In this document: one piece after another, positions 55,309 to 62,962 of the stretch
How the letters are laid out: every line of letters starts with the position of its first letter
Numbering within the stretch: the stretch's first letter is position 1
From: Candidatus Saccharimonadota bacterium
GTDB taxonomy: Bacteria; Patescibacteriota; Saccharimonadia; Saccharimonadales; AWTP1-31
Length of the DNA stretch: 64,000 bases
Assembly: GCA_052034955.1 (NCBI GenBank)
Contig: JBPOHZ010000003.1
Coordinates: 64,659 to 128,658, forward strand
Direction of reading: 5' to 3'
Notes under the pieces: generated by a model
What the model was told of the DNA's origin: nothing
What the model saw: only the letters and a program-made list of their open reading frames with translations
The model's database searches: none
Translations under genes and position numbers: made by a program

Positions 55309-56538
55309 ATGCCTAGTCCAGAAATGCCACTTACCCCTCCAACAATTCCCGTAGAGCGCGCAATGCCTCCTACTGGAGATGTTGGTTTAGGCGGAACTGA
55401 ACCCGTAGCAGACCGTGATAGTGATCGTGGCGGTAATCGTCGCGGAAGAAAAATTGTTGCAGCTCTTGCGGTAGGAACTGTTATTGCAGTATCTATTAAC
55501 TCATGTAGCGGAGACGATGCTCCAAAGAGTGAAAAGGTAAGCGCAAGCGAAGATGCTTCTAAGAAGACTCCTGAGCAAATAGCTGACGACTGTAAAAAGC
55601 CTTCTGACACAGATGCCTTCATCTTTAATAAAGAGAATGGTAAGCCAATTGTTGGTTTAGAAAATGGAAAAGAATATTCTCCACTTGGTATCGTTTCAGC
55701 AGTTGCTGCAAACATTTGTGACGAAATCGAAGCCACAAAGTATATGTCAGAACTCCACCCTCTAGTTGCCTTTGGCAATTCTGCTGCAAATGTAGACCCA
55801 AGCAAGCCTGTATTCGACCAAATCGATGCAGATCCAAAGCTACGTAACGAAGTTACAAAGAATCTTTTGGACTTACTTTCTACAGGTGAGCGAGATACAG
55901 TAGTACTTGGCGAACAGCCAGAAGCTGCTGAGCAACTTTTCACTATTCGATTCAATGGCGACACTAATGATACATATGCACAAGCAATATCTGCAGAAGA
56001 AGCCAAAGGCCTAGTAGTAGTTGAGTTTACTCAGAACGAAGGTGATGCTGAACTTAACCGTGTTGGTGTATCTAAGTTCTTAGTACTTGGAACTGCTGGA
56101 AAAGATGGTCAAGTAGTAGTTAACGAGAACTCAGGTTCTATCGTTACTACTGTTGCTGGACTAGATGGTTGTATCGTACTTCAGCCAACTCCTGCCCAGA
56201 CAAGTGAAACTACCTTGCCACAAAGCAGTGGTGCTGAACAAGCTGAAAACTCAGGTTCTGATTCTGATGCTGAAGGTACTGAAGGTACCGGCGGTGGAAG
56301 CGAAACAGAAGATGGTCAAGATGGTGAATGTTCTGGCGACTGCGATGGCGGCGATGGTGAAGATGGTGGTGATGGATGTGATGGTGGTTGTGATCATGCA
56401 ACTACAACTGCACCTCCAACAACTAAACCTCCAGTTACTGCACCTCCAACAACTAAACCTCCAGTTACTGCACCTCCAACAACTCAGCCTCCAAAGCCTC
56501 CAGTTGATGGCTGTGACCCAGTATTCGAGAAGTGCTAA
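55309..56538 (+). CDS. Membrane-anchored or lipoprotein-like secreted protein with Cys/Asp/Gly-rich and Pro/Thr-repeat C-terminus
   Basis: TM helix IVAALAVGTVIAVSINSCSG. C-terminal GECSGDCDGGDGEDGGDGCDGGCDH followed by APPTTKPPVT x3. Confidence 0.7.
   Translation: MPSPEMPLTPPTIPVERAMPPTGDVGLGGTEPVADRDSDRGGNRRGRKIVAALAVGTVIAVSINSCSGDDAPKSEKVSASEDASKKTPEQIADDCKKPSDTDAFIFNKENGKPIVGLENGKEYSPLGIVSAVAANICDEIEATKYMSELHPLVAFGNSAANVDPSKPVFDQIDADPKLRNEVTKNLLDLLSTGERDTVVLGEQPEAAEQLFTIRFNGDTNDTYAQAISAEEAKGLVVVEFTQNEGDAELNRVGVSKFLVLGTAGKDGQVVVNENSGSIVTTVAGLDGCIVLQPTPAQTSETTLPQSSGAEQAENSGSDSDAEGTEGTGGGSETEDGQDGECSGDCDGGDGEDGGDGCDGGCDHATTTAPPTTKPPVTAPPTTKPPVTAPPTTQPPKPPVDGCDPVFEKC
56408..56490 (+). repeat. 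30-bp tandem repeat (about 2.8 copies) encoding TAPPTTKPPV
   Basis: CTGCACCTCCAACAACTAAACCTCCAGTTA is repeated exactly twice, followed by a diverged third copy. Confidence 0.85.
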
Positions 56539-56566
56539 GTAAAGAAATAATTAAGGATATATAACA

Positions 56567-57691
56567 ATGAATATTTTAAACAAGATTTCCAAGAAATTTA
56601 GTTTCGTTGCAATCGCACTATTCGTAGCAACTTTAGTTGCACTAACTGGTAGCGTAAGTGCTCGTACTCAGTACAGCCCAAATGGTAACGGAACATCAGC
56701 GACACCAGTTCTAAATGAGTTCTATGATGTACCTAACGGTATTGGCGACGAAGCTGACTTTGTAAAAGTTAAGCCTAAGGCTGCCGATAACGGTGCTTAC
56801 GTTGATACACTTAATGATGCTTGTAAAGACGGCAGTACATATAATGTACGTACTTACATTCACAATGGTGCAAGCCCTAACTACAACAACGATGGTGCCG
56901 GTTCTGCCGTTGCCCACGATGTTACTGTAGCTCTAAAGGCTGAACTAAGTGCTAAGAAAAGCAAATTCAAATTTGAAAGTACAATTGCTGCTAGTAACAT
57001 GGCTGGCGACACAAACACTGCTTACCTAAACTGTGGTAATAAGACAGTAAAGCTTAGTCTTGTAGCAAGTTCAGTACAGGTATATAGCAAGAATATTGGT
57101 TTTACCGACAAATCTGACAGCACTATAAATGGTGCACCATTCAAAGTTGGTAGCCGTGTTGCAAACAGTGGTGATCAATGGGCATGTTGGAACGATCGTA
57201 TCATCGTATTTTACGAAGTCAAAGTAGAAGAAGTTCCTGTAGTTGTTCCAACAGATGCAATCTGTAAGCTAGAAGACGGTGGTTTCGTTGTTATCGACAA
57301 CAAGAAGCGAACTGTTAGTGGAACTATCAAAGCTCAGCTAACTAACGCTACTGTTCTTGAATACAAGATCGAGTGGGGCGATGGTGCAGTAAGCAACAAG
57401 CAGTCTGATACTCATAGCTATGCTGAGTACAACAAGCAGTACACAATCCAGGCTTACATCAAAGTTCGTTTGAACAATGGCGATGTTAAGTGGGTTGATG
57501 GACCAAGCTGTATGACCAAGGTTGAATTCCGCGAAGGTAAGCCACCAGTAGTGGTTACTCCTCCAAAAGAAACTCCAACCAAGTTGATCGACACTGGTGC
57601 AGGTAGCACATTCGCTATCTTCGCAGCTGTCAGTATGATCGGAGCAGTATTGCACCGCATCTACACTGCTCGCAAAGCTACACAGCTTTAG
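56567..57691 (+). CDS. Secreted surface protein with C-terminal LIDTG sorting-signal-like tail
   Basis: Signal peptide ending SVSA. The C-terminus is LIDTGAG, a hydrophobic helix, then RIYTARKATQL. Confidence 0.7.
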   Translation: MNILNKISKKFSFVAIALFVATLVALTGSVSARTQYSPNGNGTSATPVLNEFYDVPNGIGDEADFVKVKPKAADNGAYVDTLNDACKDGSTYNVRTYIHNGASPNYNNDGAGSAVAHDVTVALKAELSAKKSKFKFESTIAASNMAGDTNTAYLNCGNKTVKLSLVASSVQVYSKNIGFTDKSDSTINGAPFKVGSRVANSGDQWACWNDRIIVFYEVKVEEVPVVVPTDAICKLEDGGFVVIDNKKRTVSGTIKAQLTNATVLEYKIEWGDGAVSNKQSDTHSYAEYNKQYTIQAYIKVRLNNGDVKWVDGPSCMTKVEFREGKPPVVVTPPKETPTKLIDTGAGSTFAIFAAVSMIGAVLHRIYTARKATQL

Positions 57692-57772
57692 TAGCGGTTG
57701 TCAGGCAAGCACATTTGTGCTAACCTAAAGCGGTAACATAGAGTAATCGTGACTGACCGCTCAGAACTTAAA

Positions 57773-57800
57773 AGAACTCCCGGAATGGGAGTTCTTTTTT
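57773..57800. terminator. Intrinsic terminator between convergent genes
   Basis: AGAACTCCC-ggaat-GGGAGTTCT followed by T5. Confidence 0.7.
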
Positions 57801-57812
57801 GTATCCAAGTAT

Positions 57813-58220
57813 TTACTCTTTTATTGATTCAGGCTTGTAGTTATTGATTTCTTTTACAAGAGCTGCTGTATCTGACTGTAGCTTATCCATTTCTTTTTTG
57901 GTGGATATCACCTTTACAGATTCGTTACCCTTAACACTTGTGGTGTCAGGCGAATTACTGCTTGATCCACTCGATTTGCTGTCAGCCGTATAGTCATCTG
58001 TAATAGCATCAATTTTTTTATCGACTGATTTAGAGCCACCGGAACGTTCTTGTATGGCTGGCAATAAAGTGCTGACATCTGATGAGCTGTCTTTTTTGTT
58101 TAGCTGACTGTTCACGACTAATAGTGCAGTCACGACTATTAACAGGGCTGCTACAATCTTTACTCTTTTTATTATCTTAGAGTTACGTTCTGCCTGTTGC
58201 ATGGTAATCATGTTAGCCAT
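57813..58220 (-). CDS. Membrane-anchored Ser-rich protein
   Basis: 135 aa with TM helix IVAALLIVVTALLVV. The ATG overlaps the upstream stop (TAATG). Confidence 0.6.
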   Translation of the reverse strand: MANMITMQQAERNSKIIKRVKIVAALLIVVTALLVVNSQLNKKDSSSDVSTLLPAIQERSGGSKSVDKKIDAITDDYTADSKSSGSSSNSPDTTSVKGNESVKVISTKKEMDKLQSDTAALVKEINNYKPESIKE

Positions 58221-59761
58221 TATTTGCCTCCTAGCGGACTAATTGTTTCAACAACATTGTTTAAGGTTGTTAGTTTTGTACCGATATCTGTTAATTTAGC
58301 TTGTATATCTCGGATTAGTGCGGTAGACGCATAGCCACTGCAATTGTTAGTTGCAATCAAGTTATCTGCCTGTGTTACGGCTTTGTCGAATGCCGAGACT
58401 GAATTTCGTAAATCTTTAACAGCCTGCTGGAAGATATCGTTATCGTTCTTTTTCTCCTCAACGATTCGGGTTATTCCAACTTGCCCTAGTTTCACTGCAC
58501 CATTTCTGTATCTATACAGGTTTTCTACGTCTCTTTTGTATACTGCGCAGTCTAGTGACAAGGTTGCTGGTGCCGGTGCAGGTGTCGGTGCCGGTGCGGT
58601 AGCTGGTGCCGGTGCTGCTGCAGGTGCTGGGGCTGCCGCTGGTTCCGGGCTGCCTCCACCCTTCTTTTGACTTCGCTCTGCCTCGAAAGCAGTCCACCAC
58701 TTGTCGCAATCGTCTGGGTAGTCAAGTCCGTTTGCTTTACCGTCTTTGTACTGGTCAAGTCCCGTATATCCAGGGGCAGTTGGACATGCTGGAGGTTGAG
58801 CAGGTGGATTAAGCTTCTTGTACATTAGGTCGTTCAAATTATTCCATATAGGGGCTGTGACTGTTCCGTTGAATTTTTCACTTACTAATTTTTGAGTGAA
58901 TGCAGCACCATTGAGATGTCCTACTGCAGTGTTGAGCGCCTCGGTAAAGGCAGGGTCGCCCGCATCGAGCCCGCCATAGCCTAGGCCGGTCATGATCTTC
59001 TTGAGCTCCTTAACACATTCGCCGTTATCACCAATTTTTAGACCTTGATTAGCGCAGTCAGTATCTTTTGCAGTAGGCACAACCTTAGACGGGAATACAT
59101 AGTTCTTGGGGAAGGCCCTGAATGCTACACCGCGATTTTTCCAAGCTGGGTCGTTGCGTGCGACTGCGTCCCAATCACTAACATTTGCAACGTATATGAA
59201 GGCATCAGCACTGCCGTATTCGAAGGTATATATAGGAACTGTGCCAGGATAGTCTGTGTCTTTATTCCAAGCGAATCCAATATCCCCTTCGGCACCACTT
59301 CCGTCGCCGTTAGCTTTGACGATAAAATCGCGAGCTGCCGGATCTATCGATAACATATGGGCGCTATTTGCGTTAAATCGGAACCTATATACAGGTGAGG
59401 CTCCACCAAGTGCTACATTTGGTAGTCGGAAGGCTGTATTATAATATTTCCAGTTGGAGTCAGTTTGCGACAGATCAAGCGGTTCACTGTTGAAGTTCAT
59501 TACTGCGTCAGCACTTGTGCCACCGGTGTTGCTTCTTATTGAAAAGTCGATATCGCAAATACTACCGCTACTATCCGGTATCGGAGAGCAATTGTTGGGG
59601 CTAGCCTTAGAGAATACCAGCAGGTATGCGCCAATTGCAGCTAGGACAATTATTACACCTATAGCAACTTTTTTGTTTTTGTTCTGGAAGAACTGTCCCA
59701 GACTTCTTGTTTTTACTACTTTGTTTGTTTTGGGGTTTGCAAAGTTTGCACCGAAGGCCAT
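58220..59761 (-). CDS. Membrane-anchored secreted protein with PVYRF-type repeats, PG-binding-like segment and Ala/Pro linker
   Basis: TM helix VAIGVIIVLAAIGAYLLVF. Also SPVYRFRFNANSAHM / VPIYTFEYGSADAF, CVKELKKIMTGLGYGGLD and the (AP)n linker. Confidence 0.7.
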   Translation of the reverse strand: MAFGANFANPKTNKVVKTRSLGQFFQNKNKKVAIGVIIVLAAIGAYLLVFSKASPNNCSPIPDSSGSICDIDFSIRSNTGGTSADAVMNFNSEPLDLSQTDSNWKYYNTAFRLPNVALGGASPVYRFRFNANSAHMLSIDPAARDFIVKANGDGSGAEGDIGFAWNKDTDYPGTVPIYTFEYGSADAFIYVANVSDWDAVARNDPAWKNRGVAFRAFPKNYVFPSKVVPTAKDTDCANQGLKIGDNGECVKELKKIMTGLGYGGLDAGDPAFTEALNTAVGHLNGAAFTQKLVSEKFNGTVTAPIWNNLNDLMYKKLNPPAQPPACPTAPGYTGLDQYKDGKANGLDYPDDCDKWWTAFEAERSQKKGGGSPEPAAAPAPAAAPAPATAPAPTPAPAPATLSLDCAVYKRDVENLYRYRNGAVKLGQVGITRIVEEKKNDNDIFQQAVKDLRNSVSAFDKAVTQADNLIATNNCSGYASTALIRDIQAKLTDIGTKLTTLNNVVETISPLGGK

Positions 59762-59903
59762 TATTTTGTTGTCCTTATTTTTATATTATTAGTTTGAGTA
59801 TGACATGCTTATGCTAAAAGCGTCAAATACTTTATATAACTCAATATTATGTTTTAAAATTACCCCTGTTATGTTATAATCTGTTGGTTACTTTGATCGC
59901 TAG

Positions 59904-59978
59904 GGCCTCATCTTCTAACGGTTAGGAATCCGGGTTTTCATCCCGGCAATAGGAGTTCGATTCTCCTTGAGGTCACCA
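59904..59978 (+). tRNA. tRNA-Glu (anticodon TTC)
   Basis: Acceptor GGCCTCA/TGAGGTC, anticodon stem CCGGG/CCCGG with loop TTTTCAT, encoded CCA. TGtTATAAT lies at 59872-59880. Confidence 0.88.
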
Positions 59979-61650
59979 TTTCGGATTTAGCGACATTATT
60001 TAGTTTAAACAACTCATTTATCCCTGTTAATTTTGTTGGATTCTGGGTTCCATACTTTATTTCATCGTAGGTTGGCGCCTTATCGAATAATACGCCAAAA
60101 AACTCGGCTTTTGACTCCGGATCACCCTGTTGTAACAGGAGTTCGTTCAGGTGTTCCATAAAGTATTTAATGTTGCCCATAATAGTTCGTATATCTAGCG
60201 GGCGTTTCCGGACTGCTTCTTCTTTCTCGGCCTCAAGCTGTTTAATTTTGCTGTCAATCTTCATAAGCACCCCCTCCATTGATTTAATTGCTACTTCTGA
60301 ACTTAAAAACTTAATCTTATTCACGACTGCTTCAGCTTCTAGCTGAAGACTACTGATTTGTTGGTCATAATTTACTGCGTGTGACGTTTCCTCCTTCTCT
60401 CGTTTATTACATTCCTCTATAACGGCATTAGTAACATCTTGAATGAACTTAGGTGTCAGCTTAATGTTCTTAGCAAACTCCCTTACATTGGTCTCAAACT
60501 CAGCTTTAGGCACTCTAAAGTAATGTCCTCGCTTGTTGCAGTGGTAGGCCGGATAGTACTTACCAAGCTTACCGCGTGAAGCACTGCCTAATAGTGGGTT
60601 ATGGCAGTCTGGGCAAGTTATAACCCGTCTGTAGGCAAATTCAGCAGTTTTAGTGCCCCGCTTATTCAAATACCTGGCGATTGGCTTCTGTTTAATAATT
60701 TCGTAGTTATTATCGATCTTCCTTATTAACCACTTGCCCCTATTGGCCTTGTTGTATAGCTCGATGCTGACCAGACCATCGAACATAGCCTTTACCGGCT
60801 CATTGTTAGTCCACTTCTCGCAGATAATACCGGCGTAGATAGGATTCTTTACGTATTCAGCCACATATTTAGCTGTTAACGGATTGCCGCCACGTTCCCC
60901 AATTATCTTTGCTCTATCACGGGGGTCTCGGCGTAAGCTCGTACGACTTTTATAACCGAGTTTGTTCAGTTTATTGGCTATGTCTTGGTCGTCGTACAAT
61001 CCGCTGGCTCGGAGCTCGAACAATTTATGCATCAGCGGGGCTTGCAATGGGTCGGGTATGAGGACAGTGCGCTTGCCATTAGGTGTTTCGATCTTCTTAC
61101 TGCCGTAGCCATATGGTTGTTGACGCATCCAATAACCCATACGGGTATAACGTACTTCTGCACCAATCATGCGGCTCATGATATCCCTAAGCTCATCTTT
61201 TGCCCGTTCGGCCTCTAAGTACTCAATTTTCTGGCTTGGTGAGTATTTACTCCACTTATACTCCACTCCTAAATGTTCTAGCGTGTTAACTCTTTGGGAG
61301 CTAATGATGCCATAGATATCGACAAGTTTAACTGCATATCGTTCTAACTGCATTTTGAGCTGGTCATACGGCGAGCCACCGCCACGAGTAAATCGATCGA
61401 TCGACTTAATAATGAATAACTGAATGTCGTTCTTGGGATCCTTGCAGTAGTCAATAGCCTGTTGCATTGGCTGCTTGTCTTTAGAAGCTGACTCTAAAAA
61501 GATGAACACTTCTTTCAGGTTGATATTTTGTGTCTTGGCAAATCGCTCAATCTGTTCGCGTTGAGCATCAGGGGAATCTCCGTCAGTACCTTGCCGGACG
61601 GTCGATACTCGTATTGCTGCAACAGCGTTTTCTTTAGTCGGGGTAGCCAT
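59938..61650 (-). CDS. Large serine recombinase (resolvase domain + recombinase domain + zinc ribbon + coiled coil)
   Basis: AAIRVSTVRQG (catalytic Ser), SIDRFTRGG, CPDCHNPL...YHCNKRGH and a long coiled-coil region. The last 41 nt lie antisense inside tRNA-Glu. Confidence 0.88.
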   Translation of the reverse strand: MATPTKENAVAAIRVSTVRQGTDGDSPDAQREQIERFAKTQNINLKEVFIFLESASKDKQPMQQAIDYCKDPKNDIQLFIIKSIDRFTRGGGSPYDQLKMQLERYAVKLVDIYGIISSQRVNTLEHLGVEYKWSKYSPSQKIEYLEAERAKDELRDIMSRMIGAEVRYTRMGYWMRQQPYGYGSKKIETPNGKRTVLIPDPLQAPLMHKLFELRASGLYDDQDIANKLNKLGYKSRTSLRRDPRDRAKIIGERGGNPLTAKYVAEYVKNPIYAGIICEKWTNNEPVKAMFDGLVSIELYNKANRGKWLIRKIDNNYEIIKQKPIARYLNKRGTKTAEFAYRRVITCPDCHNPLLGSASRGKLGKYYPAYHCNKRGHYFRVPKAEFETNVREFAKNIKLTPKFIQDVTNAVIEECNKREKEETSHAVNYDQQISSLQLEAEAVVNKIKFLSSEVAIKSMEGVLMKIDSKIKQLEAEKEEAVRKRPLDIRTIMGNIKYFMEHLNELLLQQGDPESKAEFFGVLFDKAPTYDEIKYGTQNPTKLTGINELFKLNNVAKSEMVTSRRIELLLPG

Positions 61651-61652
61651 AA

Positions 61653-61817
61653 CTAATCCTTAAACTCCTCAGCAACCAGATTATTAGTTTGTTGCTGGGA
61701 ATTAATAGCGTCAGCAATCAAGATAGCCAGACATTGGATACGATCTTCGACGCTCAAGTTTAGCGTCTTTACCAGTGTTGGTGGATTCTTGTTTTTGCTT
61801 TCTTTTGTTCGTGCCAT
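61653..61817 (-). CDS. 54-aa ORF immediately upstream of the recombinase (possible directionality factor or regulator)
   Basis: Below the ORF-track cutoff. ATG 61817 lies behind GCGGGGG and the stop is 2 nt before the recombinase ATG. Translates as MARTKESKNKNPPTLVKTLNLSVEDRIQCLAILIADAI.... Confidence 0.4.
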   Translation of the reverse strand: MARTKESKNKNPPTLVKTLNLSVEDRIQCLAILIADAINSQQQTNNLVAEEFKD

Positions 61818-61840
61818 TTCGTTACCCCCGCGTAGATTGA

Positions 61841-61860
61841 ACTATCTCATATGAGATAGT
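61841..61860. promoter_or_regulatory. Perfect 20-bp palindrome ACTATCTCATATGAGATAGT in a divergent intergenic region (candidate operator)
   Basis: Read directly. A third half-site GAGATAGT lies at 61875-61882. Confidence 0.55.
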
Positions 61861-62024
61861 ATACTATACCAATCGAGATAGTTTCAAGTTCTAAATCATC
61901 ATAATTGTATAAATCTGTGGATATCTCACCGATAGGATATATAGTAGTTAAATATTAAGGAGTTAAGGACTTGCATCTTTACTTACTAATCTATTAATAT
62001 AGATAGGCGTATATAAACCTACTT

Positions 62025-62795
62025 ATGAATACAACAACAACACAACCTACCACCACTAAACACCGACCTATAAACTCACATCAACTTCAACTACTCACCA
62101 CACTATATAAATTTCGCTATTGCACAGCTCAAATCATTGCCTCAAGTCAAGGAGCTAAACACACCAGAGTAATACTAACAAGACTAAAGATATTAGTAGA
62201 TCAAGGATATATCGGTCAGAACTATGACAGTAGCTATAAGATCATTGGTAAACCAGCTACATATCACTTGCTTCCAAAAGGAATACAAATACTCAGACAG
62301 CAGCCATTTGCAGATCCAAACGTACTCAAGCAAGCCTACTACGATAAAAACAAAGACGATACTCATATCCAACACAGACTGAATGTCTTCAAAACCTACG
62401 TATTCATCAAACAATATTACCCCAAACAATTTCAGTTCTTCAGCAAGAGCGAACTACCTAGTTTGAAATACAAACTCCCAAGGGACCTAACGGATGCATA
62501 CCTACAAAAGAACGACGAAATTGCCGCAAACCAGCTTGATCTAATTGCTCCAGACTACTTTATGAGCTTCTACGAGTCCAGTGCGCCTTACTGGAGGATT
62601 AGAAACAGCATTAGACGCTATATTACCTATGCGGAGTCAGAAAAGTGGCAGAAAGCCACCGAACGAGACTTTCCGGTCGTACTAATAGCCTGTGAAACGA
62701 AAGCACTTGTGCGAAGACTGCAGAACCTTACCAAACGAGAGTTAGATAATAACTGGGTTAGTGTTATATTTGAGTTTCTATTCATAGAACGTTAG
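62025..62795 (+). CDS. Replication-relaxation-family-like protein (N-terminal winged helix)
   Basis: HQLQLLTTLYKFRYCTAQII...RVILTRLKILVDQGYIG...KPATYHLLPKGIQIL matches the family pattern. Assignment is by eye. Confidence 0.55.
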   Translation: MNTTTTQPTTTKHRPINSHQLQLLTTLYKFRYCTAQIIASSQGAKHTRVILTRLKILVDQGYIGQNYDSSYKIIGKPATYHLLPKGIQILRQQPFADPNVLKQAYYDKNKDDTHIQHRLNVFKTYVFIKQYYPKQFQFFSKSELPSLKYKLPRDLTDAYLQKNDEIAANQLDLIAPDYFMSFYESSAPYWRIRNSIRRYITYAESEKWQKATERDFPVVLIACETKALVRRLQNLTKRELDNNWVSVIFEFLFIER

Positions 62796-62869
62796 GATGT
62801 GAAGTCCTTAATTTGTAACCAGTGTTTGCAAAGCAAATAATGGTTGGTCTGTTTCCATAGGAGAGAGAC

Positions 62870-62962
62870 ATGATCTTACAGAATAATTTGCGCACTATAT
62901 TCGGGGGGGGGTACAATACCGGTAACGCTATAACTTATATAAGGAAATACTTAAATGCTTAA
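62870..62962 (+). CDS. 30-codon upstream ORF containing the G9 tract and overlapping the start of the beta-helix gene
   Basis: AGGAGAGAGA SD 1 nt before the ATG. GGG GGG GGG codons at 62903-62911. The TAA at 62960-62962 overlaps ATG 62955 by 8 nt. Confidence 0.3.
   Translation: MILQNNLRTIFGGGYNTGNAITYIRKYLNA
62903..62911. repeat. Homopolymeric G9 tract
   Basis: Counted directly. It is the only G/C run of this length that I noticed in the window. Confidence 0.9.

Noticed and set aside
55281-56542. 241-aa minus-strand ORF and 125-aa alternative plus frame within the secreted-protein gene
   Set aside because: These are shadow frames kept open by biased, repeat-rich coding sequence. The chosen frame has a promoter, an SD and a TM/signal region.
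56408-58640. Tandem repeats as possible CRISPR or other non-coding arrays
   Set aside because: Both repeat sets (30-bp units at 56408-56490; GCN/CCN Ala-Pro repeats at about 58562-58640) are in-frame inside coding sequences without unique spacers. No CRISPR array is present in the window.
55309-59761. Secreted-protein cluster left of tRNA-Glu as part of the mobile element
   Set aside because: The cluster lies on the 5' side of the tRNA, whereas the recombinase abuts the 3' end. Elements that integrate at tRNA genes extend from the 3' side, so I treat this cluster as chromosomal.
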